Shown here: positions 30,259 through 38,477 of the stretch, piece by piece
How positions within the stretch are numbered: the first letter of the stretch is position 1
Layout: the number at the start of each line of letters is the position of its first letter
Origin: Ktedonospora formicarum
GTDB lineage: Bacteria > Chloroflexota > Ktedonobacteria > Ktedonobacterales > Ktedonobacteraceae
DNA: 64,000 nt
Direction: 5' to 3'
Assembly (NCBI RefSeq): GCF_016587355.1
Contig: NZ_BNJF01000001.1
Coordinates: 3,189,721 to 3,253,720, forward strand
The notes under the pieces: model-generated
The model's database searches: none
The model's input: the letters and a program-made list of their open reading frames with translations, nothing else
What the model was told of the DNA's origin: nothing
Program-made: the position numbers and the translations under genes

Positions 30259-30395
30259 GCCATCCATTTGCCTGAGCGCGTTAGCGCTAGCCGGCGACTA
30301 GGCGGCGTTGGCAAATGCTTTTGAGAGCAAGCCATCCATTTGCCTGAGCGCGTTAGCGCTAGCCGGCGACTAGGCGGCGTTGGCAAATGCTTTTT
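30259..30395. repeat. Tandem direct repeat, two copies of a 72-bp unit (the second truncated), related to the dispersed palindromic family.
   Basis: gccatccatttgcctgagcgcgttagcgctagccggcgactaggcggcgttggcaaatgctttt x2. Its reverse complement aligns with the core of the 51914 copy. The ORF 30243..30443 on the minus strand is an artefact of the repeat. Confidence 0.8.
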
Positions 30396-30521
30396 AAGGC
30401 ATGGTCTGCGCCTACTAGAAGTCGGCATTGTCGAAAGAGCCACAACGTGCTATTCTTCATAGGAGAATATTGTATAGTTGCCCGGACTGTCGTGTGGGGC
30501 AACGTAAGGAGGGACTAATCT

Positions 30522-31037
30522 ATGGCGTCCGTACAGAGCCAGAAACCAACCTGCCCGGTGTGTAACCAGGCGGATAAAGTTAAAACGATGCAAGCGGCTT
30601 ACGACGCTGGTGTGGAGGCGTGCGCGCCACCCGAAGTACCAGCGAAAAATGTCTCCATGTCGCGAACCATTATCAGCTGTATTGTCCTGGTTGGCATTTG
30701 TATCTTTTTCGTTATTGTGCTTATCGGTGGCATGGAAGCGAATTTGGATGCTACGCTCATGCTTGTGCTAGTGGCTCTGACACTTTGTGCGATTATTCTG
30801 GCATTGGTGTTCTCATTCCTCGCGTTCCAGCGTATTGTCAAAGGGGATAATGAGGCGAACCTGCGTCTCCCAGCGTGGGAAAGCGCGATGGAGGAGTGGC
30901 AGCACCTTTACTATTGCGCACGCGATAAGGCTGTTTTTGATCCTCGCAAAGACAAGGCCGTCAGCGCTACCGAACTGGCAAATCTGCGTGATTTCGACTC
31001 GCGTCAACCCAAGCTCCAGGCCGCAGCCCAGCATTAA
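30522..31037 (+). CDS. Hypothetical membrane protein with an N-terminal CxxC half-ribbon and two TM helices.
   Basis: CPVCNQADKV; TM helices IISCIVLVGICIFFVIVLIGG and LMLVLVALTLCAIILALVFSFLAF. Confidence 0.45.
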   Translation: MASVQSQKPTCPVCNQADKVKTMQAAYDAGVEACAPPEVPAKNVSMSRTIISCIVLVGICIFFVIVLIGGMEANLDATLMLVLVALTLCAIILALVFSFLAFQRIVKGDNEANLRLPAWESAMEEWQHLYYCARDKAVFDPRKDKAVSATELANLRDFDSRQPKLQAAAQH

Positions 31038-31093
31038 AGACGAAGGGCATATCCATAAAAGGCGGTCGCCGGGATTATTTATTACGCCCATGT

Positions 31094-31157
31094 GGTCTTA
31101 GATGAGAACCAAAGCCGTGCCAGCGGCCAGAGTTTTGCTCAGGTTCTCTTATAAGAC
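31094..31157. repeat. Dispersed palindromic repeat family copy between convergent genes.
   Basis: ggtcttagatgagaacc...agttttgctcaggttctcttataagac. Confidence 0.6.
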
Positions 31158-31217
31158 ATGCATGGCGCACCTGCGACGCCTTTTTTGCATGGATTCGTAT
31201 GGGCGAGCGGAATTACT

Positions 31218-32792
31218 CTAGCCCCCCGCCAGCATGTTCTCATCTGTTGAATGTCTTCGTGCCGCATGCCAATTGGGGTTAGTATTCTCATCAAAAGTAT
31301 CTGGTGCTGGACCACGGGACCCAAGATTCTGCTCGTTCCTCAGAGCTTCTGTGTAGAGATTCTCAGCCGCGCGTTGAGGATCGAAACTGACCGACTGGCT
31401 CGCCTCTGGATTGCGCGCGATTGCCTCAAAGCGCTGAGCCAGGTTGCGAATCGTTTGTGGATCACTGATCTTCCCCTCCTGGACTTGCCGATAAGCTTTG
31501 ATGAGTACTTCTTCCTTGAAGACAGGTGGTGGACCAGCGGGTGTCGGTTCTACCTCACTCTTAGGTGTTGGTGGAGGTGCCTGGCGGGTATTGTGTGCTT
31601 GAGCCTCTTCAAATTGGTAATCGCGTTCGGAGGGAGCGGTATTAACGAGATGTGCGCCGTGTGGCGTGAGCGCGACATCGCGAATACGTATCCAGTTGAT
31701 TTGAATGCCCCAGGTTGATGCCTGCTCACTCATAAATTGGTAGAGATAGCCATTGACCTGCTCCCAACGTGCACCACTTGGAGCCGCTTCAAGGGATGGG
31801 TTTAAGGCTGGGCGTGAATGTAAACCATTGGGCCAGGCGATAAAGTCGTCAGGCGTAAAGGTCGTTGCAATAGTCTGAATCGCGCCCAGGAAGAGCTCGC
31901 GCAAGCTGGTTTCCCAGGAGGTTGCCTGAATTGTCGCCAGGTAAGCATCCTCGGGCAGAAGTTGGTAGGAGATGGCTGCGCGCAAGATGACATCTTCATC
32001 GCGTGAGAGTTGTACACGTTGTGTTGGGCAGATCCACTGAACCTCACCAACATTGTATTCTTGAAGTACACGGTCCCAGGGAAGGAGCAAGTGCGGTCCG
32101 GGGAAGAGGGTTCGCCGATATTTCCCAAAGGATGACACGATCACCACGGAGCCTTCTGGTACGGACTGGAGATAGCGTCGCACCAAAAAGACGCAGAGCG
32201 CGACAATAAGGATCAGCATCAGTATGCCCGAAATAGCCCCAAAGGACGCGAAGGCACCCAAGAGCAGGAACAGGAAGAAGCCTAGCAGGGTAAAGGGATA
32301 CCAAAGATCATTGATTGTGCCGAAGTAATAAACCACAGTTCCCTGAGCGATGGCAATGAGTATCAGTAATACTACGAGAGGCCAGAACATGACCTGTGAT
32401 GCTGCCGCGTGCCCATTTAGGACAGAAGGAAGGACAAATAGAGCGGTCAGACCTCCAAAGATGAGAGGCGCACCAATGTATAATATATAGTTACCCAGTG
32501 TGCGCAATAAGGCTTCACGCCGATCCGCTGGCGATATTTGAGCCTCCTCCTCTATGCCTGGTGAATCCGTCGGGCGGCCCCGGTAACTTCGCGCCTCCTG
32601 CGAGGTGGGTGCATAGGCATCGGCATCTACAAAGGGTGGCTCTTGCTCAATACCTACATATTCATCATGCTCGGGATCATAGTAATACGCTTGCTGGTGG
32701 GAGGAGTCTGACTGAGGGTCGTCCTGCCCACTGGATCGAGGCGTTCGCCAGGTTGCTCCTGAATCCATCCCATCAGAAGACATGCATTGCAC
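31218..32792 (-). CDS. SPFH (band-7/stomatin/prohibitin-like) domain membrane protein with a disordered N-terminus and a disordered C-terminal tail.
   Basis: A 4-TM region is followed by an SPFH-like VVIVSSFGKYRRTLFPGPHLLLPWDRV... Confidence 0.55.
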   Translation of the reverse strand: MQCMSSDGMDSGATWRTPRSSGQDDPQSDSSHQQAYYYDPEHDEYVGIEQEPPFVDADAYAPTSQEARSYRGRPTDSPGIEEEAQISPADRREALLRTLGNYILYIGAPLIFGGLTALFVLPSVLNGHAAASQVMFWPLVVLLILIAIAQGTVVYYFGTINDLWYPFTLLGFFLFLLLGAFASFGAISGILMLILIVALCVFLVRRYLQSVPEGSVVIVSSFGKYRRTLFPGPHLLLPWDRVLQEYNVGEVQWICPTQRVQLSRDEDVILRAAISYQLLPEDAYLATIQATSWETSLRELFLGAIQTIATTFTPDDFIAWPNGLHSRPALNPSLEAAPSGARWEQVNGYLYQFMSEQASTWGIQINWIRIRDVALTPHGAHLVNTAPSERDYQFEEAQAHNTRQAPPPTPKSEVEPTPAGPPPVFKEEVLIKAYRQVQEGKISDPQTIRNLAQRFEAIARNPEASQSVSFDPQRAAENLYTEALRNEQNLGSRGPAPDTFDENTNPNWHAARRHSTDENMLAGG

Positions 32793-32851
32793 CTTCCTCT
32801 CGTTTCATTCCCAATAGCTCTTATTATGTGAACGTCAGATGTTCTTCTTTT

Positions 32852-33823
32852 TTATACCACACGAACCGCAACCGCCACCTCCTCCGGTGCCACAACCGCC
32901 GCTACCACAGGAGCATGCTCCCCCCTTCCCACAGCCGCAGGAGCCACCAGAAGATTTTTTGACGCCACAGGAGCCACAGCCACCCCCTTTGATGAAGGCT
33001 CTTCATCGAGAGGAATCTGAATAGTTGCCTCGCTCTCAAGCATTACCTCAACTGAGTTCTTCGGAACATTGATCGCGACCACCTTGCCGGGACCACTGGG
33101 AGTATTGAGGATCGCGCCGATCTGAGGCATCTGTTGTTTGGCCTGGATATAGTTCTCGTTCTCATAGGAGAGGCAACACATCAGGCGGCCACAGACACCA
33201 GAGATTTTGGAGGGATTGAGAGGAAGACCCTGTTCTTTCGCCATTTTAATGGAGACAATACCAAAGTCCGTAATCCAGGAACTACAACAGAGCGTTTTGC
33301 CACAAGGACCAATTCCACCCTGGAGCTTGGCCTGATCGCGTGCTCCTATCTGGCGTAGCTCAATGCGAGTACGGAAGGTCGCGGCGAGATCACGAACTAG
33401 TCCTCGAAAATCGACGCGTTCGTCGGCGGTAAAATAGAAGGTGAGGCGGCTCCCATCAAAGGTGTATTCGGACTCGACTAGCTTCATTGGGAGTTTGTGC
33501 TGGGTGATGCGCTCGGCACAGCGAACCATTGCCTCCTTTTCCTTTTGCTTAAAGGAGAGGAGCATGCGTAGTTCATCTTCAGTGGCGAGGCGCTGAATTG
33601 GCTTCAGGGGATCGGTAAGGTCCTCTTCCACAAACTTCTTCGAAGCTATGACGACGCGTCCAGCTTCGACCCCACGCACAGTTTCGACAATAACATATTG
33701 TCCATTAGTGAAAGTTTGCCCCTGGGGATCAAAGTAGTAGATGCGTCCAGCCGGTCGAAAGCGAACGCCAACTACGACAATGGTTTTGGCTGTATCTGTT
33801 GCGGAAGTGCTTACCAGATCCAT
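32852..33823 (-). CDS. ricT: PSP1 C-terminal domain protein YaaT/RicT.
   Basis: Signature GIGPCGKTLCCSSWITDF...GVCGRLMCCLSYENENY. The C-terminal Pro/Val/Ala-rich tail is encoded by GC-rich repeats. Confidence 0.8.
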   Translation of the reverse strand: MDLVSTSATDTAKTIVVVGVRFRPAGRIYYFDPQGQTFTNGQYVIVETVRGVEAGRVVIASKKFVEEDLTDPLKPIQRLATEDELRMLLSFKQKEKEAMVRCAERITQHKLPMKLVESEYTFDGSRLTFYFTADERVDFRGLVRDLAATFRTRIELRQIGARDQAKLQGGIGPCGKTLCCSSWITDFGIVSIKMAKEQGLPLNPSKISGVCGRLMCCLSYENENYIQAKQQMPQIGAILNTPSGPGKVVAINVPKNSVEVMLESEATIQIPLDEEPSSKGVAVAPVASKNLLVAPAAVGRGEHAPVVAAVVAPEEVAVAVRVV

Positions 33824-34052
33824 GTACGCTCTTCTTACTAGACTAGTGTGGCGGAGAAATGAGCGTGTTGCTGAGGAATGTAGTGCTGGATATCTGATGC
33901 TTACTCAGTGGAAGGACACACTCATCTGCCACAAACTGACCGGTTGACACAAGTGAGGGATGCAGCCTCGTTGATGCACCCGGCGAGTTGTCTGTGTGTC
34001 ATTAACTGTATATGTCACGAATCACAGGCAAAACTCGCTCTCATTGTAAAGA

Positions 34053-34634
34053 TTACATCTCATTCGTCAAGAGGATAGCCTCGGCTACCTCACGCATGGA
34101 CTTGCGGTTATTCATGCTGGCCTTCTGGATCTTGCGGAATGCATCTTGCTCGCTGAGACCCTGCTTCTCCATGAGCAAGCCTTTGGCGCGCTCGACAATT
34201 TTACGTGTCTCAAGAGTTTCGCTCAGGGAGCGAGCTTTTTCCTCCATGGCGCGGAACTCATTGTAGCGTGCCAGGGCGACCTCAATAGCGGGTGTCACTT
34301 CGCTTTCACGGAGTGGCTTCACAATGTAGTTTACCACCCCGGCCTCCTTTGCGCGCTCGACGAGTGGCTGATCGCCAAATGCCGTAAGCAGCAACACTGG
34401 CGCAATTTTTTCTTGCGTTAATGTTTCTGCGGCAGCGATTCCATCCATGTCAGGCATGCGAATGTCCATAATAACCAGATCAGGCCTTAGCTCGCGAGCC
34501 AGGTTGACGGCGCTCAAGCCGTCGCCAGCCTCACCAATTACCAGGTAGCCCTGTTTGACCAGGACATCCTTTAGATCCATGCGTTGAATAGCTTCATCAT
34601 CAGCAATAATAATACGTGTTGGCATACGTGTCAC
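34053..34634 (-). CDS. Response regulator with an ANTAR RNA-binding antiterminator output domain (AmiR/NasR-like).
   Basis: Receiver IIIADDEAIQRMDLKDVL...DLVIMDIRMPDMDG...K, then the ANTAR helix pair ...ETRKIVERAKGLLMEKQGLSEQDAFRKIQKASMNNRKSMREVAEAIL. Confidence 0.85.
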   Translation of the reverse strand: MTRMPTRIIIADDEAIQRMDLKDVLVKQGYLVIGEAGDGLSAVNLARELRPDLVIMDIRMPDMDGIAAAETLTQEKIAPVLLLTAFGDQPLVERAKEAGVVNYIVKPLRESEVTPAIEVALARYNEFRAMEEKARSLSETLETRKIVERAKGLLMEKQGLSEQDAFRKIQKASMNNRKSMREVAEAILLTNEM

Positions 34635-34664
34635 CTCAAAGCCTTGATCTTCTCCACCATATAA

Positions 34665-34728
34665 GGTCTTAGACGAAAACCAAACCCGCTCTTGCGGCTA
34701 GCGCTGCGCGCTTAGGTTTTCGGATAGG
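34665..34728. repeat. Dispersed palindromic repeat family copy in the 5' region of the ANTAR regulator gene.
   Basis: ggtcttagacgaaaacc...gcggctagcgctgcgcgcttaggttttcggatagg. Confidence 0.7.
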
Positions 34729-34826
34729 AATAAGTTCGAAAAACACTTTCGACGTACAAAAGAAAGTATATCATACCTGTTTTGGTGAGTCGATAGGCAA
34801 ATCAGCAGGCGCAGGAGGCCTTATTT

Positions 34827-35897
34827 CTAGGCAACCTGTACAAGCTCGTTTTCATGGAGCAAATGCGCCAGTGCCTTCGCCTCGCGAATAATACGCGTGA
34901 GTGTTTCTGGCTCGATAGACTGGCGACCATCACACAAGGCAACGCTGGGATCGCAATGTGTTTCGATAATCAATCCCTGTGCCCCGGCAGCTATGCTAGC
35001 ACGAGCCATCGTTGGTACTAGTTCGCGTCGTCCAGTGGCGTGACTGGGGTCGACGACAACTGGTAAATGCGTCATCTCCTGAAGCAGTGGCACACACGTT
35101 AGATCAAGTACATTGCGGGTCTTCGGATCATAGCTACGAATGCCGCGCTCGCAGAGAATGACATTGGGGTTTCCTGCCGCCATGATGTATTCTGCGGCGA
35201 GCAGCCACTCTTCGACCGTCGAGGAGAGACCACGTTTGAGCAAGACAGGGTGCTTCGAGGGATGCTTGCCAACCGCGCGAAGGAGTGCGTAGTTCTGGAC
35301 ATTGCGTGCGCCAATTTGAAATACATCAGCGTATTCGGCTACCATGTCAACCATCTCCGTCTCCATGACCTCGGTAACAACAGGCAGCCCGGTTTGTTCA
35401 CGGGCTTCCGCAAGCAACTTCAGACCCTCGACACCCAGCCCCTGGAACTGGTAGGGCGAGGTGCGAGGCTTGAAGGCTCCACCACGTAGTACATTGGCCC
35501 CAGCGGCTTTGACCGCGTGGGCTGTCTTGAGTAATTGTTCGCGGCTTTCAACAGCGCACGGACCCGCCATGATGACCGGAGATGCGGATGCCTCACCTAC
35601 GGTAACCGTGTCACAGGTGTGATCTGCACCTATCAGGATGCGGGTATTCGTGGTTTGGAAAGAGCGACTGACGAGCTGGTAAGGGGTTTTTAGGGGAAGG
35701 ACTTCGGCGACTGCGGGTTGCTGGAGGAGGAGTTGCTGGACCTGAGTATCAATTAACGCACCATCGAGAGCTATGACCTCACGTTCAGCGGTACGCGTAC
35801 TGGCGATGGGGGCGCGACTCTCTGTGACACGACATAAGAGTGTCATCAGGTGAGCACGTTCTTCGCTAGAAGCTTCGGGACGAATAGTGATAATCAT
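34827..35897 (-). CDS. aroG: 3-deoxy-7-phosphoheptulonate (DAHP) synthase, type I-beta, with an N-terminal ferredoxin-like/ACT regulatory domain.
   Basis: Catalytic core AGPCAVESREQ...GAFKPRTSPY.FQG...KRG...VDPSH..G matches the KDO8PS-like DAH7PS family. The ~75-aa N-terminal domain resembles the Thermotoga-type allosteric domain. The start is at the internal ATG 35897 (MIITIRPE), preceded by GAGGAAAG. Confidence 0.9.
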   Translation of the reverse strand: MIITIRPEASSEERAHLMTLLCRVTESRAPIASTRTAEREVIALDGALIDTQVQQLLLQQPAVAEVLPLKTPYQLVSRSFQTTNTRILIGADHTCDTVTVGEASASPVIMAGPCAVESREQLLKTAHAVKAAGANVLRGGAFKPRTSPYQFQGLGVEGLKLLAEAREQTGLPVVTEVMETEMVDMVAEYADVFQIGARNVQNYALLRAVGKHPSKHPVLLKRGLSSTVEEWLLAAEYIMAAGNPNVILCERGIRSYDPKTRNVLDLTCVPLLQEMTHLPVVVDPSHATGRRELVPTMARASIAAGAQGLIIETHCDPSVALCDGRQSIEPETLTRIIREAKALAHLLHENELVQVA

Positions 35898-36010
35898 GAG
35901 TTCTTTCCTCTTTCTATTGTGTGAACAACGGTTCTCCGTTTGCCTATTGCTGAGTAGAGCTCCTTCGAAAGTCAAAGCTGCTGTGGCGTTCTGACTTTCG
36001 AATAAAGAGA

Positions 36011-36041
36011 AACAAAAAAGCAGAGGAATTTTCCTCTGCTT
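36011..36041 (-). terminator. Intrinsic terminator inside the aroG leader (the attenuator terminator).
   Basis: Minus-strand RNA aagcagagga-aaat-tcctctgctt followed by UUUUUUG, about 115 nt upstream of the aroG start. Confidence 0.6.
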
Positions 36042-36088
36042 ATCCCAGCATGCTGGTGGTTTTTTTGCTCAGCCAAAGTGGCCCACCA

Positions 36089-36163
36089 TCATGCTGGGGG
36101 GCTAAACCAATAATAAAAATGCTGCATTTTCGGTTGTGCGACAAGGCATGTATCGCTGAGCAT
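36089..36163 (-). CDS. Putative attenuation leader peptide (24 aa) rich in aromatic codons.
   Basis: atg ctc agc gat aca tgc ctt gtc gca caa ccg aaa atg cag cat ttt tat tat tgg ttt agc ccc cca gca tga, giving MLSDTCLVAQPKMQHFYYWFSPPA. The stop codon lies inside a 16-bp stem. Confidence 0.45.
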   Translation of the reverse strand: MLSDTCLVAQPKMQHFYYWFSPPA

Positions 36164-36233
36164 ATGTTTTACCAACTGTGTGTATTTTGTGAGTAATATG
36201 GCTTCGATGCTCTTTACATCTAGCCTTTGATAG

Positions 36234-36263
36234 ATTATAAGCGCTGCCACGCAATAATGTCAA
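36234..36263 (-). promoter_or_regulatory. Consensus sigma-70-type promoter for the aroG leader.
   Basis: On the minus strand: TTGACA, an 18-nt spacer, then TATAAT. The predicted TSS is about 60 nt upstream of the leader ORF. Confidence 0.55.
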
Positions 36264-36313
36264 GAGGAACTGGACTGTTTAGGTACGATTAGGAAGAATG
36301 GCTCGGTCTTGTC

Positions 36314-36360
36314 AAAAAGCAGAGGTTCTGGATATTTACCCAGAACCTCTGCTTTTCTGT
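36314..36360 (-). terminator. Intrinsic terminator for the upstream minus-strand operon (37992 to 36377), bidirectional in shape.
   Basis: 14-bp stem agcagaggttctgg / ccagaacctctgct flanked by A-run and T-run, 20 bp after the stop at 36377. Confidence 0.6.
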
Positions 36361-36376
36361 GATGCTAAAGGATACT

Positions 36377-37150
36377 TTAGCGCTTCTTTGAACGGCGCTG
36401 TGTGGTGCGGTACTCGCGATAGAGCGAATCTGACTCGCCACTGACACCCTGGCGGATTGTCTGCTGTGGCGCTTTGGGCGTCGCTGGCGAAGACGACGAA
36501 CGCCCTGATGTCTGTTTGCCTCTTGTCGCGGTGTTGCCGGTCAGGCTGCGTGGAATCAGGTCAAAACGAGCCAGGACAACGAGCAGAATAACCAGTGTGA
36601 CCAGGTACGTTAGCGTTGAGGTCGTCAACTTCATAGACAGACCGAAGAGATTAAAGTTCGTGACTAGGCGCTCAAGGCCCAGGTTTTTGATGGCCTGCGT
36701 CTCATAGAGGCCGGCGAAGTTCGCAACAAGCAGGTACAGCGCCATACCAATGATCCAGCGTGTCTTAAAGCCGCTGGCAGGTCTGGTACCTGGGCGAGCG
36801 TTCGCGGTTGTTTTGGGTGCGGGAGCCTTCTCTTTCTCTTCTGCGCCTTTGCCGTGGGTTGCCCGCGCCAAGCGAGCGCGCGTGGCCTCTTCTTTGCTGG
36901 TAGTCGCCTGATCCTCGCTCTTGCCAACACGTGAGAAGAAACTGCGGCGAGGTTTAGCCTCGCTTACTGGCGCTTCCGCTTCAGCGAGTGCTACAGAGCT
37001 CTCACTTTGGGTTTCACCCTCTTCTGTATCTGTTACTGTCTCTTGATCGAGCTCATCATTTTGCACTAGCGTTGGGCGGTTAGTGCGTGTGCGGCGGCGA
37101 CGACCGGAACGTCCGGTGCTAACTGTATACTCCTGGGAATCCTGACTCAT
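36377..37150 (-). CDS. Hypothetical membrane protein with a highly charged disordered N-terminus (~130 aa) and two TM helices.
   Basis: It is translationally coupled to the upstream gene (ATGA overlap at 37147-37150). TM helices WIIGMALYLLVANFAG and LTYLVTLVILLVVLARF. Confidence 0.5.
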   Translation of the reverse strand: MSQDSQEYTVSTGRSGRRRRTRTNRPTLVQNDELDQETVTDTEEGETQSESSVALAEAEAPVSEAKPRRSFFSRVGKSEDQATTSKEEATRARLARATHGKGAEEKEKAPAPKTTANARPGTRPASGFKTRWIIGMALYLLVANFAGLYETQAIKNLGLERLVTNFNLFGLSMKLTTSTLTYLVTLVILLVVLARFDLIPRSLTGNTATRGKQTSGRSSSSPATPKAPQQTIRQGVSGESDSLYREYRTTQRRSKKR

Positions 37151-37992
37151 GATTGGTCTCCTGGTTTTTCTGGGTTAGGTCTCTGTTCCGGCTCATAATA
37201 CTGAGGCGATTCAGGCCTGCCCGTCTCTTCATTCTCAAATCGTTCCTGCTTTCCCTGCTCATTGGTAAATTTGGGTTCGGCTTCACCTGGCTGCTCTTTA
37301 TAACTTGAGCTTTCAGAGAAGCTTGAGTCTCTAGGTGGTTGCTCAGGCGTTATAGGTGGAACTGGAATTGGAGCGACAGGATAAGCGGGCACTGGCGACT
37401 GAGCCGGATAATTCGGTGCCTGTTGGGGCGCGGCCCCACGAGCATAGTGCGATGCCGATGGGGATTGTTGCCCCAGCCCTGAGTATGCGGGCTGTTGTGG
37501 CGGAATATATGCCTGCTGCTGCTGCTGAGGTGGTTGAGGTGTGCGAGGTGGCTCAGCAGCCGTGAGACCTGCGCGGGCAATCTCATCATCGCGACCGGGG
37601 GCATTACCACCGCTCACGCCAATACCACCAATGGTCGCGCCATTGATGCGAATAGGCCAACCGCCTGCGGACATAATAAACTTGCCGTTCGTCATCTCGG
37701 ACATGCTGGAGGCAAATCCTGGAATAGCGGCTCCCCACTGCGCAACGGAATCAGTTGGTTGATTGAACATGACCGCAGTGCTGGCCTTCGCGATACTCAT
37801 ATTGCCTGTCGCCCAGCCGTAAGGCGACATCATGCGCTCGAAGAGTACCAGGTGTCCGCCTGAGTCTACAATAGCGATGCTAACAGGACTACGTAGTTCG
37901 CGTGCGCGCTGTTTGCTTGCTTCCAATATCCTACGCGCGATGTCAATAGAGATGCTCACAGCCAAGAACTCCTTACTATAACGATGAAACAA
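37147..37992 (-). CDS. GlcG/HbpS-like (DUF336) domain protein with a ~130-aa Pro/Gln-rich disordered C-terminal tail.
   Basis: SIAIVDSGGHLVLFERM...SIAKASTA...GGWPIRINGATIGGIGVSGGNAPGRDDEIA matches the GlcG/DUF336 pattern. Confidence 0.7.
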   Translation of the reverse strand: MFHRYSKEFLAVSISIDIARRILEASKQRARELRSPVSIAIVDSGGHLVLFERMMSPYGWATGNMSIAKASTAVMFNQPTDSVAQWGAAIPGFASSMSEMTNGKFIMSAGGWPIRINGATIGGIGVSGGNAPGRDDEIARAGLTAAEPPRTPQPPQQQQQAYIPPQQPAYSGLGQQSPSASHYARGAAPQQAPNYPAQSPVPAYPVAPIPVPPITPEQPPRDSSFSESSSYKEQPGEAEPKFTNEQGKQERFENEETGRPESPQYYEPEQRPNPEKPGDQS

Positions 37993-38477
37993 ATAGGCGC
38001 AGGTGTGCCGCGCTTCGATAACGCGGCTGGCATCTAAGGTTGATAGTATTTTATATTTTGATACAGCCCAGGCGTGCCAGATTACGCGGTGTTCTTTTCA
38101 TCGCAGACTCCGTTGATAAGAGTGTGGATTGATGTGTAAGCGCTACCTATTATTGAGGCTGGCGCATCTTTCTTTGCCCGGCGTCTACTGCAACCTGGAA
38201 AAGTCCAGGTCATTCCGTATCTGGCCTATTGTACCGCACCATGTGTATCCATGCAATGTGTTCAATTAAGGGTCGCAAGTATAGCAACGGGTTATGGCAA
38301 CATATTGATGTCTCTGACATTCTCTTTCGGCTTTCCTACTTAAGAAGTGTAGCCAGAAGCCAGGTTGATATGACTATGCTCCTATCATAAGTCTGACAAC
38401 CCAGGGCTTGTATAAGAGATGGATCAATCCCTCTGCCTGTGGATCGTAATGAGCGCACAAGCTTCATTTGAGGAGGC

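Noticed and set aside
30259-30395. CRISPR array?
   Set aside because: There are only two direct repeats, of 72 bp (too long), adjacent with no spacer between them, and no cas genes in the window. It is a tandem duplication of a dispersed-repeat variant.
30243-30443. 66-aa minus-strand ORF (MALSTMPTSSRRRP...KHLPTPPSRRLALTRSGKWMA x2).
   Set aside because: It lies entirely within the 72-bp tandem DNA repeat. The duplicated peptide is a by-product of the duplicated DNA, and it sits in a divergent promoter region.
36043-36098. I wondered whether the A/A' hairpin plus U-tract could just be the terminator of the upstream gene rather than an attenuator.
   Set aside because: The upstream minus-strand operon already has its own terminator at 36314-36360. 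A consensus promoter (36263-36234) lies between that terminator and these structures, so the structures belong to the aroG leader transcript.
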